Of a DNA stretch of 64,000 nucleotides, positions 48,341 to 64,000 are shown piece after piece; within the stretch, counting starts at the first letter, position 1, and each line of letters opens with the position of its first letter. The position numbers were made by a program, and so were the translations under genes. Where the stretch lies: positions 1-64,000 of the forward strand of contig NW_003314292.1 in the NCBI RefSeq assembly GCF_000143415.4. Direction: 5' to 3'. This DNA comes from Selaginella moellendorffii (taxonomy: Eukaryota > Plantae > Lycopodiophyta). The notes under the pieces were generated by a model that was not told the origin of the DNA, made no database searches, and saw only the letters and a list, made by a program, of their open reading frames with translations.

Positions 48341-50179
48341 TTGAGATCTTGAGATGAATGTATGAATTCATATCACCTATATCCATAAATGCATTTATAT
48401 ACTCTTAAATAGCTTTTATCTAACCTAGCTTATTTAGCTCATTCTTTAGTAGTATTTAGGGGAATATAAATTGCTATAGTTCTTCAAGTGGGCATTGGTC
48501 CTTTGTTGGATTTTATTGTTCTCCATTAAGAATTAACATAATCTGTTAAATATGATTTTGCACATATAACTTTTTCCAAGTTTGGCAACTGTAACACTGA
48601 GAAATAATACTCTATATCATCCACCACCATATAGTTATAAACTCCTTTAAGGATTTGTGGAGGTTTTGGTTTGTATATAGGAATTACTTATAGAATAAAT
48701 TCCACCTTAATTTGTTCAACTTTTTATGATTCTACTTCAATATTAGCCAAAGGTTCCTCATCCTATGTACTAAAAACCTTTGTAAACTATTGTCTTTTCT
48801 AATCACACTTTAACTTGCATATAAGACTCTTTAGTAGAGTATTGGTATATATTACTTATTCTTCTAAAGTGTCCAATCAAGCCTTGGATAACAAAACTTC
48901 ACCCAAAATCACGTTTAGATGTCTCCTTACTAGAATTCTCCTTTTATATGGATTCTTCATCCACTGCTTTTTATTTTACTTAAGGCTCTAGTTTTATAAA
49001 TTTACTTTTGCTCGCTTATGCCTTGCCTTAGCCATCTCTCAATGATTTATCTCTATCTTTTGCTAGAACTAGGAAAAAAACTTTAAACTATGATTTTCTT
49101 CTTGTAATTTATTAATTTACTTTGTCTATCCAACCACTTTTGCTTTGTTTATAATTAAATTCTCTTGCCAAGGTCCATTTTTATTATACCAACTCCTACT
49201 TAATCTTATTTGGCTTCAACTACTCATTGCATAAACTTAGCCATCTCTCCAAAAATTCCTATAGAGGATCCCCAATCCAGAATAATTGGATTTATAGTTT
49301 TGCTACATATTTTGTAGCACACTAAGCCTTTGATGCATTTCATAGTTCAAGACTTTAAAAAGAAACATTATGGCTTAATGGCTCAATATAAATATTTTAA
49401 CTCTCTACCTACCGATGAGCCTTATAATACCCAAGTAGGGCACCACTCCACTTGAATGAAGAGCACTTTAAACAGTTTTCCTTTTTTGAGTGGGAACTAC
49501 TTTTAAACATTTCTTTGAAAGGCTTTGTTAACACCCTTCAAATTCATGTTCATTCTCACCCAAGGCTACTCCCTAACCCCAATATAGTTTAAAAGCACCT
49601 TTTGAGTTTTTTCAAAACTAAATCCTTAACCTTACTATCTTTATTACACTTTTGAAACCCCTTACTCTCATTCGATTGCACAAGAAAGTTTATAAGAAAA
49701 AGAAAGAAAGCAAGAAACTCAAAGATGAGTATAAAATAATTTCTTCTAGCCTTTCTTGTTGATTCTATCAACTGAATTTTGCACCATTTCAGCTTATTCA
49801 ATTTGGTGCTGAGATCTTTGAAACATCTGATTTGCATAGTTGAATTGGCTGCAATTAAGACACCCTTGGATCATCACATTCAATCATGGTCAAGAAGATG
49901 AGATTCCACTGTGGCATTTTTTTTAAAGAACATCCAATAGAAGAACAGCAGTCCTTGGGTAAGTGTTGCAAGCATGATATTGAGTAAATGTTGACTGTTG
50001 GAATGCTAACTGCTACCTTGCACATCCTGAGCCACACAAACATTTGGATGACAAGAATCGCAAGAGATGTGCTCCAGCTCGAGCTGCTCCTATTGATCTG
50101 GGTGCCTCAGCAAGGGGAGTTTATGCTCCTCAATCATTCATGGAATGGAACTGTAGTAAAGCTTTAAAATATTCTTCCT

Positions 50180-50343
50180 GGATTCAGCTTCATTGGTGTG
50201 CCAGTATGGAGCATGTCAAACTTGTAATGCTGGTAGTGTTTAAGTACAACACATAACAAATATGGATTCAGCTTCATTGGTGCGCCTGTATGGAGCATGT
50301 CAAACTTGTAATGCTGGTAGTTTCCAAGTACAACACGTAACAA
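50180..50343. repeat. Tandem duplication of about 80 bp
   Basis: ggattcagcttcattggtg...aagtacaacac occurs twice. Confidence 0.85.
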
Positions 50344-50921
50344 GTTTCAGTTAGTGAAGACTGACTACCAAGTCAAGGTGGTCTTGCCAAAAAGCTGGGC
50401 AAATTGCAGCAGTTAAATTATAATATGGTGAGACGCTGCATTACGTTTCTCACCAGAACTCACCAGTTGGACAATTCAAGCAACCAAATTCTCACAGCCA
50501 TGCAGTGCATATCAAATATCGCAATCAACACTCTGTGCCAGCAGCCGCAGTAATACAGAGGATGCAAGCGTTATCTGGAATCATCGGGCGTAGGTGGCTC
50601 CAAGTCCATGCATACAACACTTTTTTCAAGTTCTAGCTAGTCAATTAAACTTTGACTTCTGTTTTACTTGACTCCCAGTGAAGATCATCGCTTTAATGGC
50701 TGTGCAGCGATGGTCTCCGCTCACAAAACAGAAAGTATACTCACTGCTTCAAATCAAAAGAAGTTTATCAATCAAGTTCAAAGCTCATTGTGGAGCTTGA
50801 GGTTGTCATTCAGCATTTGGGGGGTTACAGTGAATAAAAAGCAAACACTAACAACGCTGCAAACACTTGCACAGCAAATTATTGTCAATTCTTTTATTTG
50901 AAACATGTCCGAAGCCTAGCT

Positions 50922-51326
50922 TCAGTTCTCCACAGCGTTGGGATTTCCAGAGTCCCTGCAATTCGCACAATAATTCAGTGTGGCCTCGCAATTGCCCCCG
51001 TCGAATGCATGGCTTCCGCAGAGTCGGCAAGGCTGGTTGTCATACACATGGAGAAACTGCTGCTTGAGAACTGCCCCACTCACGGATGGATAGTTGCCAT
51101 CGCACCTGAAAATTGCGGTGCAATGGCCAGAAACACGAGAAGTGAAGCCATTGTAGATTGTTCCATCGGTGTAGCGAGAGATTGCTCGCCGGCAATCGGC
51201 CTGGTTGACGCGAGATCCACAGAGTCCAGAGCCATTGCAGTTGTCGTTCTTGGCGCAGCTGGAGGAGCCAAGAAAGATCACAAGAAGAATAGCAAGAAGA
51301 GAAAAGAGCTTGAGAGAAGACTCCAT
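50922..51326 (-). CDS. Secreted KP4 killer-toxin-like Cys-rich protein
   Basis: Signal peptide; NCNGSGLC...C..CGS...C..TLNY KP4 pattern; intronless. Confidence 0.8.
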   Translation of the reverse strand: MESSLKLFSLLAILLVIFLGSSSCAKNDNCNGSGLCGSRVNQADCRRAISRYTDGTIYNGFTSRVSGHCTAIFRCDGNYPSVSGAVLKQQFLHVYDNQPCRLCGSHAFDGGNCEATLNYCANCRDSGNPNAVEN

Positions 51327-51400
51327 TCGAATATGTTAGAAAGAATGCTGTAATGACGAGCTGAAGTATGAAGAATGATTTTGCCAATGGAATGGTTTGG

Positions 51401-51410
51401 TTTATATAGG
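51401..51410 (-). promoter_or_regulatory. TATA box of the KP4-like gene
   Basis: CCTATATAAA about 75 bp upstream of the ATG. Confidence 0.55.
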
Positions 51411-52606
51411 GGTATTTTGAAGACCGCGTCATACAGTGTTTACATGATCTCTTGATTTTTAAAATATTTTCTAATGCAAGAACTTATTTACAATTAGAAC
51501 ATGCTATTTGACTAGACTCGCTAGGCTAGAGATCGTCACAGCTAGCTCATGCGATTGTCCACCACGTCGTTCCTGTGCTCCTGTATCAGGTACTTCGATT
51601 TTCTTACTTCCACACTGTTCACTGTCCGTGAATTTTCAAAGTATACAATAAGCTGTCTATAGGCTCTTGAATTCCACCGATTTAAGGCTGAGCCATCCTT
51701 TGCAGTTAACAAGTTACGGGATTCATCTACAGATGATAGTTTTGTTGTTTTCCTCGGCTGGCTCTTCCCCGGGTGCCAAAACGTGACCGCAGTATGGAGT
51801 GCTCGAAGAAAAACCCAAAAGTAATTTAAGTACTTCACATCTCTTGGAACTTACAATCCCTCTAAAATCTTGTTAAATCAGGACAAGGCAAGCTTCATCG
51901 ATCACTCGCATAAACAGTTCGATAAGAAAAAGAAAGAAACTAAGAAACTAAAATAAGATTGTTTCTTCTAGCCTTTCTCGTTGTAATCTGTCAGCTGAAT
52001 TCGTGCCATGCGCCACCAGGTGGAGTTTTGGTAACAAGGAGACTGAGACGAGCTATACGTGCTTCATTTCAGGCTGGAAGAAGGCTCGAACTTGTCCTGG
52101 GTGAATACGTCAATTTTCTAGTGTTTAGTAGAGCGTTTAGGGAGGATGCGGGTGTTTTCACCGTACGTCCAATGCGGTAAGATACTGGAAGAGTTGGTGG
52201 ATAGACAACATTAGTATGGTCATGTTAATATTGTTCTTGAATATATTCAAATTGATCAAATCCAAGATCCTGATGAATGAATAATCCAACTTCTCATGGC
52301 TTAAATCGTTTGATGATGACAAGTATCATAGTATCATCAAAAGCTTCATGGGTTTGACAGTGATATAAAAGATTGATAGGTCTATACAACATCACTAATC
52401 ACTGTTCATACTTGCTCAGTGGAAACAGCTTAACCTTAGCTGATCATTCTTATAGGTTGACAGTGCAAAAGATCTCATACTACAGAATCCGAGGGGAATA
52501 ATTAAATGGAACTCGGGAAATGTAATGTTCATAATGGAGTTTAGTTATTTTAATAATGAGTTACAGCAGAAACCATTGTATTTTTTTAAAACATGACGAA
52601 AGTCTC

Positions 52607-52718
52607 AGTAGCTTCAGTTCTCCCCAGCGTTCGGACTTCCAGAGTCCCTACAGCTGGAGCAATAGTTCAGTGTGGCCTCGCAATTGCCCCCATCGAATGC
52701 GTGGCTTCCATAGAGGCG
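52607..52718 (-). pseudogene. 3' fragment of a KP4-like paralogue
   Basis: Matches about 50917-51025 (GSHAFDGGNCEATLNYC). Confidence 0.85.
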
Positions 52719-53160
52719 AACTTTAGTTTTCCTTTTCTTGTTTACTATTTATAAGTTCTCTCACATTATATATTCTACAGATCTTTTTAGATATTTTCCT
52801 CCATGTTGGTGAGACATTGATACAAGTTATTTCAAATACTCTCCTCTTACTAAAGACTTACTGCTGTCACATTTGAAAGAGATCAATACTGTGTTAGTAA
52901 ACTGGGCTTAACATCCAGCTTTTGGAATATTAAAAGATTAAAAGAGACCACAAAAACAAAATGGCCATGGAGAACCTTACACTCCACTGATCCAAAAAAC
53001 AGCAAAAGAATGGATTGAGCGAGCAAAAGTTAGTAAATTGAAACATAGAGAGAACGAGAGAGACGGAAAAAACACAAAGAAAACGTAACTGTGGAGCCGT
53101 GGAGATGCTTGCCATCTCCAACCATCGTGTTAAAACGAGAACGCCAAAAGGGAGCCTCTC

Positions 53161-55239
<2,079 letters not shown>

Positions 55240-55882
55240 CTCCTCCCTTGTTCTTCTTCTTCTCTCCTTTCTCTCGGCCGCTCTAAAGAAACCCTAAACC
55301 CTGTGTTGTGCTCGCATTCCCATTCCAATGCAAATCCACCGCCCTGCGAGTGATTCTCCTCCCTTCTCTCGATCAAGACCGGAATTCGCGATCTTTCTTG
55401 CGGGATTCCCACGTCTCTCGTCCCAGCGCCCCAGAATCAACCAGCGCCCGCCGCGCGTCTTACCTGGCGAGTGTCTCTGCCCTAGAATCGAGCTCGTTGG
55501 AGCTCCGCCTCCACCATAGCCTCCCTCCTCTTCCCTTCTCTAGAACAAGGAATGAATGAGAGAGAGCTCTCGCCACAGCCGTTGGATCGCGGATCCGACG
55601 TACGCTAACTGGCCGCGTCGCAAAACCGGCGAGCCGAGATCACTATTAGGGCTTGCGTCTCTCTCTTTCACTTCGCCGTGTCGCGAGGGTTTGCATCGTA
55701 GCGAGGTAAGTGAATTCCGGGGCGGCGCCGGCTAGATCACGCGCACTGCTCGCGAGATCTCTCGCGAGAGCATCGATTCGCGATCGTCGGGAGGCAGCAA
55801 GATTTAGGGATGAGCGAGCTCTCAGGTAGATTTGCTTGAGCTCGGGAACAAAAGAGTGAAAGAACAGCAAAGAAAAAGGATA
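55240..55882. promoter_or_regulatory. Shared divergent promoter/5'UTR region with telo-box-like motifs
   Basis: About 640 bp between the two ATGs; AAACCCTA near 55290 and TTAGGG near 55646 and 55804. Confidence 0.5.
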
Positions 55883-58228
<2,346 letters not shown>

Positions 58229-58469
58229 GAGACAGGAGAAGAAGGATTAGATTTTTGGTGCGCGCGGGACGGTAGCGTCAGTGGAGTGGAAGGTAGTGAA
58301 GCAGAACTAATATACGTTTTGATCTCGGCAGCCAAAAGGTTTGATTGATAGGAGAAGAGGACGGCAAAATAATCTGGCAAAGTTGTGTGTAGACTGGAAA
58401 TGAAAGAGCTCTTTTTTCTTCGACGTCCTCTATTTTTTTTTTCTCGCGATGAAGTTGATTTGTACAAGA

Positions 58470-60393
58470 TTAATCTGATGAAAGCCGGCCTTCACAGTGC
58501 CTGTTGTTGGATCGAGATGAGCCTTTCAGGAACTTGGAAGGAAAAGTTTCGTTTACCTTTTGTTAAACTTGTCAATAGCGTCCGAGGCCACTAGCAATGT
58601 GTCACTGGCTTTCTCGAGTACCACGTAGAGCTCGTGTCCAGCACGGGCTCTAGCGGAAACCCATGCATTGTTTTTCGTTCGCAAGCAGAGCTCCTTGTCT
58701 GTGTGATCTGATCGATTCTTCTCCTTGTCGAGTTCTCCTCTCACCTTGTTCAAGACTGCCAGAGATTCCTGCGAGAAACATCTCTGTCACGAAAAGGATG
58801 AGAAAAAAAAAAAAAAACCCACCTTGGCCAACGTAGCAACCTTGTTCGGAGGTGACGCTTTTATAGTTCTTCTACTCAAGTCGTGGTGCATGTAGCGGTA
58901 TCCAGGAACATGCATTGCATTACTCCCACCCCACTGCTTCGTGAGCTTCTCTTCGAGCACTTGGATTTTATCGGCCTTGGAACACAGCAAGAGGTCAGTG
59001 ATCAGCCACTAACTTGTAAAAGAAAAACAACATAGAAACTTACCTGGTCGATGATTTGTTTCCTCAGAAGTGCCACCGATTCGGCACTCGGGATAAACAT
59101 CAGCAAAGTTAGCGCCCTGTGCTGATAAACACAGAGATATGTCATCTTCTCTCCCTCTTGAAGCCAGACACTAGGAATAACTGCGCCACCGCCGGGACCA
59201 TCAGCACCCCAAGCAAAACTAGAGAGAAAGCCGTCCACGTCTTGCCACCAAGCGTCATGGTGGAGCGGCTGCGAGACGGTTTGCTCGTGTAACGAGGACA
59301 CCGAACGCTTGGGCTCTGTCACAAACGTGGACACGACGCTGTTTAGCACCGAGTGCCGAGTATACGACCTCTTGGACCCTTGAGCGAAAGATTGCGAGAC
59401 GACTGATGGTATCATGCGCAAGACAGCATACGTGTACATTGCCATTGTGTCAGCCTGAGAAAAAAAAAGAGCACACTCTAGAATCAAATCGGCGAAGAAA
59501 CTAAAACTTACCGGTAAAAGCGTGCTGGATATGAGATAGTTGTGAAAAAGAACCATCGACTGCTGAGGTACTCCACTCCACGACTCCAAGAGACCCAGCA
59601 AGGACTTCAACCAAGATAAGGTAACTGATCAGGAACAGAGATGTCAAGAAAAAACCAAAAGCCTACAGAAATCAAATGACTAAAAAGTTTTTTTTTTACC
59701 TGGCACTCGAGAAGAATGTCGGGCTCCACCGAGAGAATCCTCACAGTCGCATGCTCAGCGAGCGAATCCGAGATTGTAGGAAGCCACAAAGTCTTCCCCG
59801 CCATCATATCTGCATAATAACTCTCAATAAAAAAGAGAGAAAAAGGACCAGCACTTACCTCCAATATAGTCGGGAACGAACACATACAAGCAATTGCGAA
59901 CAACGTCGGCGACTGGATTATTCTCAAGGCGAGATGAGATCTTCCCATAGAACAGCCTGAAAATACCATACAACTCCCTGAGTAAGCTTCTATAAGCACC
60001 ATCTCTGGTTACTTGGTCGCCATCTTTCTCGACCACCTTGAAGCACAAAAACAAAGCAAATAACATAGAAAGGAAGCCTTCGTTTTGTCCTTACCAAAAT
60101 CATCCAGATATCTGGCTCGCATTCGTAGAAAATGTGGCCGTGCCTCTCGGCCTCCATGAACTCGCAAGGACTATCGGGGGAAAATATCCTGGTAGAGGAA
60201 GGAGGCCGAATTCTAAGCAGGGCGAGGCGAGGGAAGAGTGATCGTACCTGGAGAATGTGATGAGGCCCTCGCTGAGGCCGACGAGGGAGAGCTGGGAGGG
60301 GAGCGGGCAATCGAGCGGGTAGAAGAAGAGGACCTTGTCGAGCTCATGCCCCTCCTGCTGGCCTCGCCGAGAATCGAAAACGCAGAGCTGCAT
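58470..60393 (-). CDS. CCZ1: Vacuolar fusion protein CCZ1 homologue, multi-exon
   Basis: MQLCVFDSRRGQQEGHELDKVLFFYP..VGLSEGLITFSR; C-terminal LRTKNNAWV..ELYVVLEKASDTLL; last exon HCEGRLSSD*. Confidence 0.88.
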
Positions 60394-60558
60394 AGCGCCT
60401 CTAAAGCCCTAAAAAAGCCCTATGGCATATTCTTGGTGTTTGTCAACCTCTTCCTTCCGTTTAAAGCATAAAGGAAGAACAATGTGTCTTACAGAAAGGG
60501 GCATTAATCAGTTTTCCATTAAGGATTTTAAATGTAATTAGGTGAGCATTTCATTAGT

Positions 60559-60607
60559 GGGCACTTATGAATGATTCTGGTGCGGAGTTCAATTCTCGGA
60601 GTGCCCC
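60559..60607 (+). pseudogene. tRNA-Pro-derived relic with internal deletions
   Basis: GGGCACTT..ATGATTCT..GGTGCG..GAGTTCAATTCTCGGAGTGCCCC is colinear with plant tRNA-Pro. The acceptor stem GGGCACT/AGTGCCC pairs. Confidence 0.6.
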
Positions 60608-61155
60608 TTGTTTGAAAGGTGTTTAGCACTGACTGATTTGTAGGTCAAATCAGACTTTTCTTTGGTATACAAAGGTACAGAGGAAAGACAAAGCTGGCTT
60701 GGGCTGACTTTGTCTCAGTGCTAAAGTAGAAAGCCAGGATGGAAAGCAGTATCCAAAGAAAAGGAACCACTAAGGGGGAAGAAATGGGACCCTTGCCGGT
60801 GCGATTACTTTCAAACACGTCTGAGTGGCATGTCTGCACGAGCGCCTGGATCCTGCCTTATAAGTCCGCGGCATGGATCCCCCAAGATTTCTGACGCTGC
60901 AAAAAATATCTTCCTGCACCCACACGAACGGGGATTAGAAGAACATCTCATCCCGTTGATCTCGTTGATCTTGATCCAGACACAAAACAGGTCTTTGCTT
61001 TGTTGCACACACAAGTCAATGGAAAGCTTCACATTCCGATCTTAGGAGAAAGATTCAAACTGGGAAAGAATGAGAGAACTGTGCACCTACCTACTTATCC
61101 AAGACACAAGCCAAAATTGCTGGGAGCGAAGAGAAAAATGAGAAGAACCTGTTGA

Positions 61156-61182
61156 GTGTTGTGTGTGTGTGTGTGTGTGTGT
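61156..61182. repeat. (GT)n microsatellite
   Basis: Direct reading of the sequence. Confidence 0.95.
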
Positions 61183-61191
61183 CTCCCCTTT

Positions 61192-62211
61192 TCATTGCGC
61201 GTTTGTGCTCTGGGACTTGCATTTCTCGACCGGGTACTTGACCGCGTTCTTCTTGAGCTTGCTGAGTGCCGCCTGGCCGAGGTCCACTCCACACACATCG
61301 GCCAGCCGGACCAAGTAGAGCAGCACATCCGACAACTCTTCCCCGAGGTGCTCCTTCTCGGCCTCGTTCCAGTCCGGGAGCCCCCGCTGGACTTCGCCTT
61401 TCCATTGAAAGATCTCGGACAACTCACCCACCTCGCCAACCTGAAAAAAAAGGAGAAGAAAAGACAATGGCTAAAAGTTTGGTACTAATCAATCGCGCTC
61501 CACTCAAGCATCCCAAACACCACAAGGCCAACGTGAGGAGCAAACACAGAGCGGCAAAACTGGCAGGCGACCCAGCCAAAGAGAGAAAGAAGAAGAGAAA
61601 GGAGAAAGGAATAAATAAAAGCGATCGCTCCATCCCATCCTCAGAACAAAGAAGAAGCAAATGAGAAAAATATGTTCTCCAAAAAGCGGACAAAACCACC
61701 CAAGCTCCAGGCACCCCCATTGACATTTATGAGCGAGGGTCGATTCGCTCTAGAGCTAGAAAACAATGCTCGCCTGGCCAGGGGCCATCGCCAGGGACAC
61801 GGGCCTCCCAGCCAGCGCAAGCAGCAACAGTGCAGTCACACAGGTCACAAATCAGAGACATTCTCTACAATCAAGGCAGGAACTCTCCGTGATCGATCGG
61901 AAGAAGAGAAAGAAAGCATTTAAAAAGCCTCTCGCCATCAGGCAATCGAGAGAAAGAGGAAGAAATATTTTCGAAATATGTCCGAAATATTTCAATCGCT
62001 AATCGATCGAGCGCTCTCTCGGGGCAGCGATTCTTACCAGCGCGAGCAGGAGATTGCGGGGGCTGTGGAACTGATCCCAATCGCGGACGCGCGCAAACTC
62101 CTGTAACTTGGACCTCAGATCCTGGAGCGAAACGAGCGACGCATCGGCAGCGCCCGGGGGATCTTTCCTGCCGCCCCCATTCATTGCGCAACTCCACGAA
62201 TCGGCATCCAT
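61192..62211 (-). CDS. DCTPP1: dCTP pyrophosphatase 1-like (MazG-like), two exons (62211-62038 and 61440-61192)
   Basis: FARVRDWDQFHSPRNLLLAL|VGEVGELSEIFQW..LGEELSDVLLYLVRLAD..KYP. Confidence 0.92.
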
Positions 62212-62799
62212 GGCGAAATATTTCGCCCGCGCTCTCGCCTAGTTCTAGAGGAAAAACCAAGCGCCAATGCAAAGAAAGAAAGATTAGGGCGTAATACGAC
62301 CTAGACCATTGCTACAAACGTGTCGACAAGATTCCCCTCCCCAATCATCCGATCCTCCAATCAGGTTTCTTCCCACGCCTTTGAATTTACTTTGACAAGC
62401 GTGACTGCGAATTTACCGCGGCGCGTACGGCAGCTGGGACGATGCTGGTACAACAAACTGGAGAATAATATAACACCTAAACTTATGGTGTAATACACAA
62501 GGACGAGAATGTATCAATCAATCAATCAATCGCCTTGAAGTTATGCAATGAAGGAGCGTACGGGTATGATAGTAACAAGACTAAGCATTATATAAGCATG
62601 ATTATCTTAGAGAGATTTCCAAACAAGTGTCCAAGTAACCAAGATTCTCGATCACGGATATGCCTCTCCTCTAGATCCAAAAATCACCAAATTCCCATTA
62701 GCTAGCAGGCAATCGGAGCCTTTTCTCTATGTTCTCGAGTTGGGACTCTGTAGCACGAGATTGCAATTGCTTCGCATTGTCCACTTATAAGAACTATCA

Positions 62800-63800
62800 G
62801 CCGAGATTAAGCTGTTTCCACCCAGCAGATGCGAGCCAAGAGCGTTCTAGAGCCACTGATTAGTGATGTACTATAGACCCAACAATCTTTTATATCGCTG
62901 TCAAGCCCATGAGGCTCAAGATCATCAAACTTGTGATTATCAAGATTTAGGCGACGAGAAGCTGTAGAGCAAAAGCTGGTTAGGAAGTTCGAGCTGATAG
63001 TCAATTCCAATATATTCAAGAACAATATCAACACGACAGAACCAACGTTCTTGATCTACTAACTCTGTCGCACATATCCAGTATATTTTGCCGTAGGTTT
63101 TGGCCAAAAACTCTTTGGATCGATGATCCATGGTACACACATCCTCTCGTAAAACACTCTACTAAACACTGATGCTCACACACGTATTCTGTGCAAGCAT
63201 CACGATAAATTTCAACAGCCCGAAATGAAACTTTATCACGTATATGTATCCTTTCTACCATGGTTCTTACTTGAGCATACCATACAAGAGTCTCATTCTA
63301 AAAATCCCATGTGGTGGTGCATAGAGCTGAGAGATTAGAATGAGAGCTGCTAGAAGAAACGAATTGTCGCCGAATAAAAGTGGCTGAAGTTTCGGAAAAC
63401 TAACTGAAGCTCTATTTTACCTGCAAGCACATAAAAGGCAAGGACTTAAAGCTAGACTGTTGTTTCCAAGCGTCAGGAGAAAACTTTTTGGAGTTGGAGT
63501 TGCAAGGTATTTCTTGGAGCATTCACCCACGGAGTCCCAGGGATTGCAAATCTCCATAATGCGGTCAGTGCATATTCGATCCCCACCCTCAGCCAGAATG
63601 CATATTCGATCTCACCTCCGATGACAAGAATGGCATCAGGAGAAGAACCATCTCGAGAATCAAATCTCAAGACCACCTGTTCGAGAAGATCTCTTGGAGC
63701 AAGCATCACGTAACTTAGCTCATACCTGGAAGGATGACTCGACCATTGAGTAGTCAATCGAAGACTTGTCAGATCTAAAAAGGTCACGAACCTGGTGTGA
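62800..63800 (-). other. Unidentified fragmented ORFs
   Basis: Short ORFs with coding-like composition; no family recognised. Confidence 0.2.
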
Positions 63801-64000
63801 CAGATCTCCTTAAACTGGAGAAACTGTAAAGAGATTCTCCTGTAAGCGCCCGATCTGGCGTGAAAGTCTTAAAGCTGATGAAGCTCACAAATTTAAAATG
63901 ATCTGATAGGAATGAATGAGCACAGCGGCAAAATAGAATGTAGGTATATTAATAATAGTTTTGCGCCCCGCTTGAAGCATAAGACCACAATGCAATAGAT

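Noticed and set aside
61441-62037. Intronic snoRNA in the long DCTPP1 intron
   Set aside because: GC-rich patches are present, but I found no convincing C/D or H/ACA boxes.
62940-63261. Sulfotransferase-like fragment
   Set aside because: Only a vague resemblance, with no diagnostic motif.
63963-63980. gcgccccgcttgaagcat resembling the copy A end and flank (8093-8109)
   Set aside because: Short gapped match with no further similarity; probably chance.

Overview
Eukaryotic plant genomic DNA. Compact genes with introns of about 50-60 bp, plus KP4-like and S-protein-homologue genes, suggest a non-seed vascular plant such as Selaginella (inference only). About 1-49.6 kb is a nested transposon graveyard and about 50-64 kb is gene-dense. 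(1) A large Mutator-like (MULE) element with short imperfect GGGG...CCCC ends spans 13418-38248. An inverted, internally deleted second copy occupies <1-8100. Divergent from its transposase, the MULE carries a multi-exon gene combining a ParB/Srx-like domain (FQIIDGNHRYGAW) with a beta-class amino-DNA-methyltransferase-like domain (DFILFDFPDG ... LELYCPPDGVVIDCTAGSGS). (2) A 12.7-kb Sola-like element (perfect 24-bp TIRs, ATGG TSD, 17076-29747) splits the MULE transposase. It carries its own divergent ParB-like/degenerate-MTase-like gene and an FCP1/NIF-like phosphatase. It also holds about two dozen dispersed copies of a 22-bp palindrome (ATGGCRTGWGGCCWCAYGCCAT) that I did not see outside it. 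(3) There are three Cassandra-type TRIMs with 5S-like LTRs, a decayed Ty3/gypsy element with a 2.7-kb solo LTR inserted in its RT, and other retroelement debris. Host genes are a 5'-truncated EDS5/DTX46-like MATE pseudogene, an S-protein homologue, a KP4-like toxin gene plus a fragment, two head-to-head DDX3/DED1-like helicases, CCZ1 and a dCTP pyrophosphatase. There is also a tRNA-Pro relic. The best candidate novel system is a ParB-like + MTase-like cargo gene paired with element-specific palindromes in two unrelated DNA-transposon superfamilies, possibly a self-marking or anti-silencing module. All domain calls come from motif recognition by eye; no searches were run.
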